DNA of 18,485 nucleotides from a virus (Duplodnaviria; Heunggongvirae; Uroviricota; Caudoviricetes): IMG/VR virus record IMGVR_UViG_2540341028_000007; one strand, 5' to 3'. Shown piece by piece: positions 1 to 9,339 of this stretch (position 1 is its first letter; each line of letters starts with the position of its first letter). The notes under the pieces were generated by a model. It saw only the letters and a program-made list of their open reading frames with translations, ran no database searches and was not told where the DNA came from. The position numbers and the translations under genes were made by a program.

Positions 1-259
1 CAGTGCATCTGGCCACTCTGATACCTTCCCGTAACAACTGACGCCAGACTTTACGCACACCGTATACCTGATGATTCCCATCGTATACGCGCAGTATCTC
101 TTTCTTCAGCCAGTCATCGCGCTGCGCACGGGCACTGCGTTTATCAGGATGATGTCGCTGTTGCTGACAGTGGTAATACGTTGACGGGGCAATATGTAGT
201 TCACTGCATACCGGTCCGACCCCGTACAGCTTACGCAGCTTATCCAGCAGTGGCATCAC
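1..259 (-). CDS. IS3-family transposase OrfB (DDE catalytic part), 5' portion only; 3' part lies beyond the window edge
   Basis: Mirror image of the first 259 nt of orfB at 16633-17523; reverse complement of bases 1-25 matches 16867-16891 (ggtatcagagtggccagatgcactg). Not in the ORF track because it is cut by the window edge. Confidence 0.85.
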   Translation of the reverse strand, partial: MMPLLDKLRKLYGVGPVCSELHIAPSTYYHCQQQRHHPDKRSARAQRDDWLKKEILRVYDGNHQVYGVRKVWRQLLREGIRVARCT

Positions 260-582
260 TTTTTCCAGAGGCGGTCGAACTCCGCCTTCGCAAAATAAGC
301 GGAAGCCTGGCGAAGGATATCGTTACTGCGGCGCAGTTCACGATTTTCACGTTCCAGCTCTTTCAGACGCTGACGTTCAGCGGTGGTGAGCCCGCCATCA
401 CCGCCTCCGGTATCCCGCTCATGCTGGCGTACCCAGACACGCAGAGTCTCCGGTGTACAGCCAATCTTTGGGGCAATGGAACAAATTGCCGCCCACTGTG
501 AGTCATATTCGCCCTGACTTTCCAGAACCATACGAATCGCCCTCTGACGGACTTCGGGGGAAAAACGAGTATTTTTAGTCAT
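256..582 (-). CDS. IS3-family transposase OrfA (helix-turn-helix DNA-binding component), IS629-type
   Basis: 108-aa [33 protein letters not shown]..., recognised from memory as IS629/IS1203 OrfA. Overlaps the orfB start in the -1 frame, as is typical for IS3-family OrfAB frameshifting. Confidence 0.9.
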   Translation of the reverse strand: MTKNTRFSPEVRQRAIRMVLESQGEYDSQWAAICSIAPKIGCTPETLRVWVRQHERDTGGGDGGLTTAERQRLKELERENRELRRSNDILRQASAYFAKAEFDRLWKK

Positions 583-636
583 CCTGTTTACCTCTTTCTC
601 AGGGAGTTTAGTCTCCAGGATTCCCGGGGCGGTTCA

Positions 637-1242
637 GAGCCCGCACCAACGCTGAAAATCAAAGACCCGCACTATGATGAAAAGCACCTTGCTATTGAGC
701 AGGCGCTGACTCAGGGGCAGACGAAACATCCTGTGTTTTATCAGGATGAAGTCGACATCGACCTGAATACGAAAATCGGCGTGGACTGGATGCCCAAAGG
801 GCAACAGAAACGCATCGCTACGCCGGGACAGAACCTGAAGCATTATCTGGCTGGCGCACTGCACTCAGGTACGGGACGGGTTCACTAGGCCAGTGGCAGC
901 AGCAAAAGTTCTGATTTATTTATCAGTCTGTTAGAGGCATTACGGCGTAGATATCGGCGGGCGAAAACCATCACACTGGTGGCGGATAACTACATCATCC
1001 ATAAAGGCCGTAAAGTGGAGCGATGGCTGGAAGAAAACCCGAAGTTCCGGTTGCTGTTCCTGCCGACGTATTCACCGTGGCTGAATCCGATAGAGCAACT
1101 TTGGTTATCGTTACACAAGACCATAACGCGAAATCATCAGTGCCGGTATATGTGGCAGATACTGAAACAGGTAACGCAGTTTATGAATGCTGCTTTACCG
1201 TTTCCGGGTAATCAACACGGTATGGCCAAAGTGGAGCGGTAA
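637..1242 (+). pseudogene. IS630-family transposase, C-terminal ~200 codons only; 5' end removed by the IS629 insertion at 636/637; one in-frame TAG at 886-888
   Basis: A single reading frame from 637 to 1242 translates EPAPTLKIKDPHYDEKHLAIEQALTQGQTKHPVFYQDEVDIDLNTKIGVDWMPKGQQKRIATPGQNLKHYLAGALHSGTGRVH*ASGSSKSSDLFISLLEALRRRYRRAKTITLVADNYIIHKGRKVERWLEENPKFRLLFLPTYSPWLNPIEQLWLSLHKTITRNHQCRYMWQILKQVTQFMNAALPFPGNQHGMAKVER. This resembles the IS630/Tc1-mariner-like transposase C-terminus as I remember it. ORF-track entry 979-1242 is the distal part of the same frame. Confidence 0.7.
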
Positions 1243-1455
1243 TATGCGAAGCTATTTAGATTCAGTTTGAATCTCAGCCCTGACATTCATTCTTTACCGA
1301 CGTTCCATTAGCCCAAATCTGAGTATATAACCTCAATTCAACTGACTAAATTTAACACAATATCAATGACAAATGTCTTTACCATTGGTACATACAATTG
1401 CAAAATCACCATCTCTAAGCAATAAGACTACGCATATTAAAGTGAGTTATATTAA

Positions 1456-2604
1456 ATGTTTGAAATTGATAGCCTATTATTAATAACATCCGTGATAATC
1501 TTGTCATTATTGGCTGTAAAATTATTTGATGAAATTTCTCCTATACAACTTGTCGATCATGGAAGAAATAATCAGATAGATGGAATGAGAGGATTCTTAG
1601 CCATCTTCGTACTTATTCATCATGCCGCTATTTGGCATGGCTACTTATTAACCGGGGTATGGAAAACTCCGTCATCAAACTTATTAACAAATTTAGGCCA
1701 AGTTGGTGTCTCATTCTTTTTCATGATCACCGGATATCTATTTTTTTCGAAGATTCGCTCAAGTGACCAGGATTGGGTAAGACTATATATATCGAGATTT
1801 CTGCGATTAACTCCTATGTTTATTGTAAGTTTATGTTTAGTTCTTCTTGTTATAGGTTTTAAATCAAGATGGAGCGTACATGTCTCCCCTGCCTCTCTTA
1901 CTGTGTCACTCATGAGATGGGCACCATTCACCGCATTAGGGATGCCAAATATTAACGGTGTTAAGGACTCATTCACTATCAATGCAGCTGTAACATGGAC
2001 CCTCGTTTACGAATGGTTTTTTTATTTTTCATTACCGGTTATAGCTGCACTCTTCAAAAGAAGAGTCAGCATCCACATGATTATAATAAGTGTTTTAGTT
2101 CTAGTGATTTTCTTATGTTACCCATCAAAAAAAATACATGTTATTTCATTTTTATTTGGACTGTTAGCCTCTTATTCAAATAATTATGTACATAGAGTTG
2201 CTAAAGCTAAAATAACGCCTATTATGATAATTGCATTACTAAGTTACGAAATGATATATTTTCCTACAACCTACGCTCCACTCCCTCTCATAATTTGCGG
2301 TGTTTGCTTTATACTTATCGCATCAGGCTGTGATTTTTATGGTATATTGAGATTAAATTTAACAAGAAAACTTGGTGAAACAACATATAGTATTTATCTT
2401 TTACATGGAGTATTCCTTTATTGTGTAATGACATGGGTCATCCCTAGTAATTATTCTAATTATTTTTTTATTATGTTAATAAGCATTACTGCTTTTTGCG
2501 TCACACTTTTATCATGCATAACATTTAAATTAATTGAACTACCTTTCATTAATATAACAAAACAAACCGCTATGAAAATCAGGGGCATAATAAAAAACAC
2601 TTAG
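1456..2604 (+). CDS. Integral-membrane acyltransferase, acyltransferase-3 family (Oac/OafA-like); candidate O-antigen or other surface-polysaccharide O-acetyltransferase
   Basis: 382-aa very hydrophobic ORF with the N-terminal motif IDGMRGFLAIFVLIHH and the block GVSFFFMITGYLF, both typical of acyltransferase family 3. ATG at 1456 is preceded by agtgag. Strongly AT-rich compared with flanking phage genes. Transcribed convergently to the tail operon. Confidence 0.8.
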   Translation: MFEIDSLLLITSVIILSLLAVKLFDEISPIQLVDHGRNNQIDGMRGFLAIFVLIHHAAIWHGYLLTGVWKTPSSNLLTNLGQVGVSFFFMITGYLFFSKIRSSDQDWVRLYISRFLRLTPMFIVSLCLVLLVIGFKSRWSVHVSPASLTVSLMRWAPFTALGMPNINGVKDSFTINAAVTWTLVYEWFFYFSLPVIAALFKRRVSIHMIIISVLVLVIFLCYPSKKIHVISFLFGLLASYSNNYVHRVAKAKITPIMIIALLSYEMIYFPTTYAPLPLIICGVCFILIASGCDFYGILRLNLTRKLGETTYSIYLLHGVFLYCVMTWVIPSNYSNYFFIMLISITAFCVTLLSCITFKLIELPFINITKQTAMKIRGIIKNT

Positions 2605-2648
2605 TAATCAATTGTCACCTAATCAAGAGGTGGTTTATAGATAACAAT

Positions 2649-2684
2649 AAAGAACCTTCGCCATTTCCGGAGGTTCTTTTATAT
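2649..2684 (+). terminator. Putative rho-independent terminator downstream of the acyltransferase gene (possibly bidirectional)
   Basis: Inverted repeat aaagaaccttcg / cggaggttcttt (2649-2660 / 2668-2679) forms a ~12-bp stem with one G-U pair and a 7-nt loop, followed by a T-run (tttt at 2677-2680 then atat). It lies 45 nt after the stop at 2604. Confidence 0.45.
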
Positions 2685-2883
2685 CCTTATGGTAAATATA
2701 AATTATAAATATTATTTTTATGGTGTTCCACTATGAACAGGGAAGCTAAATAATGATTACAAAAATATGTAACTTCAGGCAATGCAGGGGCTATGTTATT
2801 GCCTTAACACCATAATGAGTAATATTGTGTCCCGAGGATAAAAGTACTGTTAATTCTTATTGATGCTTCAATAGCACTCAAAA

Positions 2884-3495
2884 TCACATATTATGTGCAT
2901 CCAACAACTCAGGCCAGATGACATCCGGCGCGGTGCTGGTATCTGTTGCCGTCACCGCGTCAATGTAATCCAGCACCGTGTTAAGTCGGCTGGTTTCTGC
3001 CTGCGTCAGATTCCGTCCGGCCTGTAATTTTAGTTGAATCAGATTGATGGAAGCCATTGCAGTATCAATCAGCGACTGGCGTTGTGCTTCTGCTGCATCG
3101 ACTGCGGCGCTATGTTGTGCCTCGGTATCCGTCACCCATTTCTCACCATCCCATTTATCGTATGGTGTTAACGGGACGATAGTGGTTGTATTATCAGGGT
3201 AATCACCCGGAGCTGTGATTTCTTTTGATTCTCCTGTTTCGGTGCTAAAGACGATTTCACCGCGATGGTCTGGCACATATTCCCATGAGTTAAAATCTGC
3301 AGAACGGCAGATTGCATAACCAGCTTTGTATGCGCCTGGAGCATCTAAACAGGAATATGCCGGAATGCCGACACCAATAGCAAGATATTCAGTTGAAGCT
3401 GAAATATACTCCCGACTCATGACATCAAAGTTATAAACAGTAATTTCTCCTGCCATAGTGGCAATTAATTCACTGTTTAATTCTGCGTTATTCAT
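2884..3495 (-). CDS. Tail fibre assembly protein (Tfa-type chaperone)
   Basis: 203 aa. The C-terminal half (KWDGEKWVTDTEAQ ... TDTSTAPDVIWPELL) matches the conserved Tfa pattern of lambda/Mu/e14-type fibre assembly proteins as I remember it. Start overlaps the stop of the upstream fibre gene at 3495. Confidence 0.75.
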   Translation of the reverse strand: MNNAELNSELIATMAGEITVYNFDVMSREYISASTEYLAIGVGIPAYSCLDAPGAYKAGYAICRSADFNSWEYVPDHRGEIVFSTETGESKEITAPGDYPDNTTTIVPLTPYDKWDGEKWVTDTEAQHSAAVDAAEAQRQSLIDTAMASINLIQLKLQAGRNLTQAETSRLNTVLDYIDAVTATDTSTAPDVIWPELLDAHNM

Positions 3496-4277
3496 TATGC
3501 AGCCCTCACAATATAGTTAAAAGCGACATTTCGTGGGCGTGTTTCATTCGCACCTGCAGGTTTAGTCGTTGCCGCAACAACACCACCCTCTGTAATAGCC
3601 GGGTTGGGAATTGGGTAATTATCGAAGTCAATGGACGGAGACAGGGGCGTGATTTGTTTTAAAATCGTGGTGCCTGTAAAACTTTCCAGAGTCTGGTCGT
3701 TAGTTCGTGAAGTCCAGATTCCCCAATAGTGGTTATGACTGACAATAGCACCGTCCTGAAGCGTTAATAATCCCCTTCCGTTATCCACTCCACGCCCGTC
3801 ATCCCAGCCCCGAATAAACTCACCGCGTAAATCAGGTAATTTATTTGTCGGATAAGCCTTTGCCAGTTCCGGGTATTCTTCAGCAGAAAAAGCTGCTCCG
3901 TTGCATTTCAGCCAGCCTGTTGGCGGAGTGGCTGAAGGCCACGGAACAGGCACACCAACGGGTAATGCTGAGCCTTCTCCCAAACCAAGGTTTTCGAGAG
4001 CTGTTTTCACCGTGCCATCCGATTTGATATCGCCAAACGGATTCTTGCGGCTTAACAGCAGCGCACGAAGCGCGGTAAGCAGCTGGTCATGCCGCCCCTT
4101 CTCCAGGCTGGCACCGGATGCCTCCACAACGCTGCAAAGCTCCTCCTGCAACATGTCAAAGTAGTCATCATCCAGATCGGTGGCAGGCGTGCCGGTCTGG
4201 GGGTTACCACGGGTAAAACCGTTCTTACCCGCGCCGAACTTATCCTTCTGCGCGGTTTTCGTGTCTATACGATGCAT
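3495..4277 (-). CDS. Tail fibre protein with phage tail-collar domain
   Basis: 260 aa. Contains [23 protein letters not shown]...[19 protein letters not shown], which fits the tail-collar signature (GWL.C.G...YP.L...PDLRG.F.RG). Sits between the baseplate genes and Tfa. Confidence 0.75.
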   Translation of the reverse strand: MHRIDTKTAQKDKFGAGKNGFTRGNPQTGTPATDLDDDYFDMLQEELCSVVEASGASLEKGRHDQLLTALRALLLSRKNPFGDIKSDGTVKTALENLGLGEGSALPVGVPVPWPSATPPTGWLKCNGAAFSAEEYPELAKAYPTNKLPDLRGEFIRGWDDGRGVDNGRGLLTLQDGAIVSHNHYWGIWTSRTNDQTLESFTGTTILKQITPLSPSIDFDNYPIPNPAITEGGVVAATTKPAGANETRPRNVAFNYIVRAA

Positions 4278-4280
4278 GGA

Positions 4281-4865
4281 TTACTCCGGATATTTAAAAA
4301 TCACATAGGTATGCGACGGGCAGAGTTTGTTAAGAACACACTCGACAACGGTGTCCCCCCAGAAGCGCAGCGCGGAATCACAGGGATCGCCACATGTCAT
4401 CCAGGTGGTGTTGGTGGCGGCTGGCATGTTGACCTGCCAGTAATACCGCCATTCCGGCGCATTCACCGCGTCAGTACAGGCAGATGAGCAGGTGAACGTG
4501 CTTTTGTCGTATCGCGTGATGGTGGCGTCTGGTCTGCCCAAGGCAGCAAGCTGTGCAAGGTAAAAATCCTCATTGATGCCGCCCGCCAGGTTAACCTTCG
4601 CATCCAGCCGTTGCTGACGCTGGCGAAGGGTCTGCGTCCCTGCCGGAATACATTCATCCGGCAGGCCGCACAGACGCTCCCAGCGGTTTATCAGTTCGGT
4701 GGTGGTGCGCGGATCCAGCTCCTGCATCAGGGCATCCGCACGCTGATGAACACGGGTTAATGACGGTGCCGCACCGGCAATCGCCGGATCGCTGGCTGAC
4801 CACGCCGGACCGGGCGGCAACAGTGCTGACAACAGACGGATGTAATCATCGTTTGTCACGTCCAT
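4281..4865 (-). CDS. Mu gp48-like tail/baseplate protein (YmfQ-type)
   Basis: 194-aa ORF in the position occupied by gp48 in Mu-like tail modules (between the baseplate J-like gene and the tail fibre). Assignment rests on gene order and general resemblance only. Confidence 0.6.
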   Translation of the reverse strand: MDVTNDDYIRLLSALLPPGPAWSASDPAIAGAAPSLTRVHQRADALMQELDPRTTTELINRWERLCGLPDECIPAGTQTLRQRQQRLDAKVNLAGGINEDFYLAQLAALGRPDATITRYDKSTFTCSSACTDAVNAPEWRYYWQVNMPAATNTTWMTCGDPCDSALRFWGDTVVECVLNKLCPSHTYVIFKYPE

Positions 4866-5914
4866 GAAATCGCCCCCAGAACCGCCAGTTCATTTTTCGC
4901 AATGGTGATATTGTCCGCCGGTGCAAGCAACTGATGGCTGTATTCCCCGTTCGCACCGGAAATCGCTTCACTGATACGTGACACCTTCAGTTCTCCCTGC
5001 GGATAACCATCACGCAGCAGGAACGAACGCAACTCCGCGGTGATGGCAGCCCGTATTTCCGGTGTGTCCGGCGTCACACGGATATGAAAATCCACCGTAT
5101 GTGCCACCGGCCTGAACACATACAAATCAGAGCCTGCCACCGGGGCCAGTGGCCCGATATGTTGTCTTGCCGCCGTTTCCGTTGATTCTTCCGGAATGGG
5201 ATTAATCAGGTCACTGCTGGCAATCATCACACCGACAGTCCCCGTTCCCATCCAGTGTCGGTATGTCCATGCGCGGGTAATGCCAGGCACTTCTTTAGCC
5301 CAGACGACATAGTCCCCGTCAGCCCCGCCCTGCGGCGTCCAGTAATACCGCTCAATGACGCGGGCGCGCCACGTTTCCAGCTCTTCAGTATCAAATCCGC
5401 CTGTCAGGGTGTCAGCCACACCGGAAGACGGCAGACCATTCACCGGCGTGACCAGGATTAATGCCGTACCGTCGTCAGCGTTACCGACCGCACCTGCACT
5501 TGAGCAGGCGATCGGCACGCGCAGGACACCACCGGAGCTGATTGCATCGTCAGTTGTCGTGTACTGCACCAGGTCATCGCGCTGAATAACACTCCCGGCA
5601 GTCACCTTCAGGCCATCGCTGACACCTTCCCAGCGCATATACCCGCTGGCAACCGTGGCCCCCTTGCGCGGACACCGTTTCATCGCAGCATGTCGCGCCA
5701 GCCAGGACTCATCGCACAGGTCAGGCAGCATATTCATTGCCAGATAATCGATGTAACCGTAGACCGTATGCAGCGCCGCCGCATACACCTTTGCCCGCAC
5801 GTCTTCATCCATGCGCCGGAGCGTGTCGCTGACGTCCAGCCTGGCGAATAAATCGTTACGGAGCATACTGATATTTTCTGCCAGCGTCGGGCGCTGAAAT
5901 TCACTGTCCGCCAT
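4856..5914 (-). CDS. Baseplate J-like protein (Mu gp47 family)
   Basis: 352-aa ORF, 10-nt overlap with the downstream gene. Size and position correspond to the baseplate wedge J-like protein of Mu/P2-type myoviruses. Confidence 0.7.
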   Translation of the reverse strand: MADSEFQRPTLAENISMLRNDLFARLDVSDTLRRMDEDVRAKVYAAALHTVYGYIDYLAMNMLPDLCDESWLARHAAMKRCPRKGATVASGYMRWEGVSDGLKVTAGSVIQRDDLVQYTTTDDAISSGGVLRVPIACSSAGAVGNADDGTALILVTPVNGLPSSGVADTLTGGFDTEELETWRARVIERYYWTPQGGADGDYVVWAKEVPGITRAWTYRHWMGTGTVGVMIASSDLINPIPEESTETAARQHIGPLAPVAGSDLYVFRPVAHTVDFHIRVTPDTPEIRAAITAELRSFLLRDGYPQGELKVSRISEAISGANGEYSHQLLAPADNITIAKNELAVLGAISWT

Positions 5915-6329
5915 GCGTTATCGCACTCCACAGATCATCAAAAGAAATCATTACTGGTCCATCACGACGCCTGAGGGTGATACTGTTACCCAGCTCATTA
6001 ATCCCGGTGCGGCGGATATCCAGATCAATACGGGACACCACGCCGTCATCAGTCATCCATTGCAGGCATTCGCGGATATATCCCCTTACCGTCTGCACCA
6101 GCTGATTGGTCAGTTTGCTGCGCTGAAGCAACCACAGTCGGGAGCCGTAACGGTCATTCTGTACCGCAGGCCAGGTATCCCCCCACCATCCCATCGGGAC
6201 GTCGGCATTGTCATCAGGCTCCGCCCGCCGCCAGGTGAACAGGGAAATCACCACGGCGCGGGTCAGCGGATCCAGCGGTGCGCTGGCGCAGGTGCGTTTA
6301 CCGTTCACCGTCAGCCACAGTTCCATCAT
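5901..6329 (-). CDS. Mu gp46-like baseplate protein
   Basis: 142-aa ORF between the V-like spike gene and the J-like gene; start overlaps the stop of the upstream gene (6326-6329). Confidence 0.65.
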   Translation of the reverse strand: MMELWLTVNGKRTCASAPLDPLTRAVVISLFTWRRAEPDDNADVPMGWWGDTWPAVQNDRYGSRLWLLQRSKLTNQLVQTVRGYIRECLQWMTDDGVVSRIDLDIRRTGINELGNSITLRRRDGPVMISFDDLWSAITHGGQ

Positions 6330-6874
6330 GCCTCCATCGCTTTATCAGGTTTGTCGGTGTTACTGCCCTGACCGTTCTCTCTGTGACGATGCCCGTTATA
6401 GGCAAGCCGCATCGCTGACATGGTGGTGCCGCCGGAGTCGCACAGGTCTTTCACCTGTCCGGTCACTTCCAGATCCATTTCAAAACGTGCTTCAGGTGCA
6501 TTGCGAAACGTGATCGTTTTCCCTGCACCGTCCACCACGATCCCCTCCCGGGTCAGCGTCACAGACTGCCCCTGATCGTCATAGACAGCCACCTCACCCG
6601 TTTGCAGCCCTTTCAGGCGGTAGCGCCGGTCCGACACCGTAACAACCACCGCATGAGAACGGTCGCCATCCGGAAACAACACCACCGCTTCCGCACCGCT
6701 GTTTGCCCTTGCGGTAAAACCGTAGGGTTCAAGATGTTCAACCCCGGCTTTGGGTTCACCGGCAATCAGGGACACATCCACGGTCTGACATTTCGTGGCG
6801 GCACTGATGCTTTTCACCACTGCCCGCCCAATCAGGCCGAGAAGTTGTCGCTGCATGGCTTCAATCGTCCTCAT
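6326..6874 (-). CDS. Baseplate assembly protein V-like (spike; Mu gp45 family)
   Basis: 182-aa ORF of size and position typical of gpV-type baseplate spike proteins; start overlaps the upstream stop at 6874. Confidence 0.7.
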   Translation of the reverse strand: MRTIEAMQRQLLGLIGRAVVKSISAATKCQTVDVSLIAGEPKAGVEHLEPYGFTARANSGAEAVVLFPDGDRSHAVVVTVSDRRYRLKGLQTGEVAVYDDQGQSVTLTREGIVVDGAGKTITFRNAPEARFEMDLEVTGQVKDLCDSGGTTMSAMRLAYNGHRHRENGQGSNTDKPDKAMEA

Positions 6875-7953
6875 CAGAACGGGTCCTCCTGTACTCTGGC
6901 TTTTTTCTTTTTCCGCGCGCCGGGGGCTTCGGGTTCAGGCAGATAAGCGTCAGGCGGGCCGACACGGATTTCCGTCAGGGTGCCGTTCTGGTCCTGAGTA
7001 AACGTGACTTCCGAGACAAGCAGTTCGGTATTGTCGAAACCACAGACCGGATCGAAGACAATCACCCGCTGGTTGGGCTGCCACAGCGTACCGTTACCCT
7101 GTCGCCAGCCCTGCACCACATAGGTGGTTTCATCCGTCCGCGCCGCCCGTTTTCGGGCTTCAAAGTCAGCACGCGCAATACAGCCTGCCCCCGTGGCCTG
7201 CCCTGTCTGCCTGATATACATCGGACGGTAACGGGCAATAAATGCGTCCTCTGTGCGGGCCCGCAGCGCGGTGGTGGTGGCCTCACCGAAATCATCGTCG
7301 TTTCCGGCACGCTGCCCCGCCACCTGGTAAACAGAAAACCGCTCCCGGATACTCTTCTCCGTATCACAGGAAAGGATGTTTTCCCCAAGTACCAGCGCGG
7401 TATGTGCCCGCGTTGAGCCAATACCGCCAATCACCAGCCTGCCGTGCGGGTCGTCGTAAGCCAGCGCCTGCTGCTGACCGAGTATTTTGTTGATTACCTC
7501 AATCACCGTTTCACCGTGATCAGGCTGAACATCAGGAATAACACCCGACGGCGCACCGCTGTTCACCACCTCAATGCCGAAAGGCGCAGCAAGCGCCTGC
7601 GCAATCTGCACCAGCGAGCGTCCGTTAAACTGTGTCGGTTCGGCTGCACAGTCAATCAGGTCAGCCGTCAGACTACGTCCGGCAATACCGGTGCTGACCG
7701 AACGGGCATCGTAACGAACGGGAGTCGCCTCCACCCAGCCGGTGATCACCAGCTCATCACCAATCAGCACTTCCACTTTTGAACCGTTTTTAATGCGCGG
7801 CTGAAGCGTGGTGATACCCTCATCTCCCGGCCATTGGCGAGTGATCTCCACACTGAAATCCCGCGCCAGCCGTTCAATACCGGCACCGATGCGCACCGAT
7901 GTCCAGCCATTCCACTCCCGGCCATTTACCCGTAGCGTGACATTGTCGTTCAT
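6874..7953 (-). CDS. Baseplate hub / tail protein (Mu gp44, P2 gpD-like)
   Basis: 359-aa ORF immediately downstream of the DNA-circulation protein gene; lysine-rich C-terminus (ARKKKKARVQEDPF). Call rests on synteny with Mu-like tail modules. Confidence 0.65.
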   Translation of the reverse strand: MNDNVTLRVNGREWNGWTSVRIGAGIERLARDFSVEITRQWPGDEGITTLQPRIKNGSKVEVLIGDELVITGWVEATPVRYDARSVSTGIAGRSLTADLIDCAAEPTQFNGRSLVQIAQALAAPFGIEVVNSGAPSGVIPDVQPDHGETVIEVINKILGQQQALAYDDPHGRLVIGGIGSTRAHTALVLGENILSCDTEKSIRERFSVYQVAGQRAGNDDDFGEATTTALRARTEDAFIARYRPMYIRQTGQATGAGCIARADFEARKRAARTDETTYVVQGWRQGNGTLWQPNQRVIVFDPVCGFDNTELLVSEVTFTQDQNGTLTEIRVGPPDAYLPEPEAPGARKKKKARVQEDPF

Positions 7954-9293
7954 TGCACTGGCACCTTCAGAGGGATCACCGGCACAAAGCCGGGATGCGT
8001 AATGGCATTACGCCGAATAATGTCCGCGTCACGCGCCGCGTTATCAAACCAGGTCGCCGCCAGCACCAGCGCGGGTAAAACCTCATCCGGCGTGCGCTGA
8101 ATGATCCGTGCAGACTGTTCAAGGCGCGTGTTGATATCCGCATTCAGATCTGCTTTCACCCGGCGCAGCGCCAGAAACAGCGCATCACTGGTTGTACGGG
8201 ACAACTCCTTATCAATTGCCGTATTCAGTGTGTCGCGAATGTCGGTCAGTTCTTCCCACGTTGGCAGGTCAACCGTGTTTTTCACCGCCGGTGCATTGTT
8301 CAGTGCCGGATGCGTGACAGAAGGCCAGCCGGTGCTCTGCGCGGGTGTTGTTGACTGCCCTACTGTGGCATTCTGCATCACCGCGGAAGTTGTGGGCGCA
8401 GGCAATCGTGTGACGGCATACGCCGCTTCGCTGATTGCGGTCGTACGAAGGGTGCTGGCAACCACGTTACGCTGCTGCGTCGCCGTGGCGGTAGTTTTAC
8501 TGTCCGTTTTCCAGACGCCGCGCGGTTGCAGATCGCTGCCGAGGCTGACACCGGAAAGCGTTTTGATCATGGTGACCAGGTCGCTGGCGTTACCATAAAG
8601 GCGTTTCCCGGTACGCCACATTTTCTGCACCTGCTCAACGAAATTTTTGCCTGACGATGGTGGCGGCAGAAGTACCGAGATATCCCCCTGCAACAGCCTG
8701 GCGGCATCCGATACGGCAGAATCCACCACTTTCATCGCATCAGAAACATACCCAAGCATTGTGCTGGCATTACCGACGACGTCGTTCTGCACAAAATCTG
8801 CCACGCCATCGATACTGAAACCACTGAAGCTGTCACTGATGCAGTCATCCAGTGCAGAACAGGATGACATCAGCGTCTGCGCCGTCGCCGCACCTGAAGT
8901 GGGGTAAGAGAGTTCTCCCGCTTCGACAAACTTCAGGTCAAAGCGGACAATACGCCCTTCACTCTTCGATGTGCTGACCCGAACTTCCCCGTCAACACAG
9001 ACTTTCAGCTCACCGTAAGTCGGATGGACAAGCGTGCCGGGACCGGGTTTATTCAGCGCGTCAATCAGGCGATCGCGCTGGTCAAAGCAGTCATCTCCCA
9101 CCACATAAGCTGTGATGGACGGGCGGAAAGTGATTTTCCCCAGGTCTTCGGTATAGGGTTTGTCGCGGTTCGGGTATTCGTGCGTTTCTACACGACGACC
9201 GGTTCCCGCACTTTCTTCTTCAACCTTAAACGGCACACCGCGAAATGACGCGTCCTGAAGTCTGTCTTTCCACGTCATATAAACTCCGTACAT
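7950..9293 (-). CDS. Mu-type DNA circulation protein (gp43/N-like)
   Basis: 447 aa. N-terminus WKDRLQDASFRGVPFKVEEESAGTGRRVETHEYPNRDKPYTEDLGK matches the conserved N-terminal domain of Mu N-like proteins as I remember it. The true start may be the internal ATG at 9278, which has GGAG 5 nt upstream. Confidence 0.75.
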   Translation of the reverse strand: MYGVYMTWKDRLQDASFRGVPFKVEEESAGTGRRVETHEYPNRDKPYTEDLGKITFRPSITAYVVGDDCFDQRDRLIDALNKPGPGTLVHPTYGELKVCVDGEVRVSTSKSEGRIVRFDLKFVEAGELSYPTSGAATAQTLMSSCSALDDCISDSFSGFSIDGVADFVQNDVVGNASTMLGYVSDAMKVVDSAVSDAARLLQGDISVLLPPPSSGKNFVEQVQKMWRTGKRLYGNASDLVTMIKTLSGVSLGSDLQPRGVWKTDSKTTATATQQRNVVASTLRTTAISEAAYAVTRLPAPTTSAVMQNATVGQSTTPAQSTGWPSVTHPALNNAPAVKNTVDLPTWEELTDIRDTLNTAIDKELSRTTSDALFLALRRVKADLNADINTRLEQSARIIQRTPDEVLPALVLAATWFDNAARDADIIRRNAITHPGFVPVIPLKVPVQ

Positions 9294-9339
9294 AAAAAAT
9301 CCCCACCGGAGTGGGACTCATTAACAGATTAATTTTTCA

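Larger units (their letters stand above)
1..636 (-). mobile_element. IS629/IS1203-type IS3-family insertion sequence, partial copy (window begins inside orfB), inverted relative to the copy at 16256-17565
   Basis: The orfA protein (256-582, -) is identical over 108/108 aa to the one at 16310-16636, and the antisense ORF 181-501 is identical to 16391-16711. The terminal ggttca at 631-636 is the reverse complement of tgaacc at 16256-16261. Position 1 maps to about 16891 of the right copy. Confidence 0.9.

Noticed and set aside
181-501. 106-aa ORF antisense to IS629 orfA (also at 16391-16711)
   Set aside because: Completely embedded antisense within the transposase OrfA coding sequence of a well-known IS; no evidence for an independent gene.
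634-864. 76-aa minus-strand ORF spanning the IS629 end and the IS630-family fragment
   Set aside because: Runs antisense to the IS630-family transposase frame and crosses an insertion junction; an artefact of the juxtaposition.
1641-2183. ORFs 1641-1982 (-) and 1995-2183 (+) inside the acyltransferase gene
   Set aside because: Embedded in, or out of frame with, the 382-aa acyltransferase ORF, which has the family motifs; low-complexity AT-rich sequence.
2884-4277. Possible invertible tail-fibre segment (Mu G-segment or e14 Pin-type)
   Set aside because: No invertase gene, no second inverted fibre/Tfa cassette and no flanking inverted crossover sites were seen; the fibre and Tfa genes form a single co-directional pair.
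6890-6915. A-run (aaaaagaaaaaaa, minus strand) at the lysine-rich C-terminus of the gp44-like gene as a possible slippage site
   Set aside because: It encodes an ordinary KKKK stretch a few codons before the natural stop, with no alternative-frame ORF of any length to shift into.
7883-7902. Tandem duplication gcaccgatgc-gcaccgatgt
   Set aside because: Only two ~10-bp units inside the gp44-like coding region; too short to be a meaningful repeat feature.
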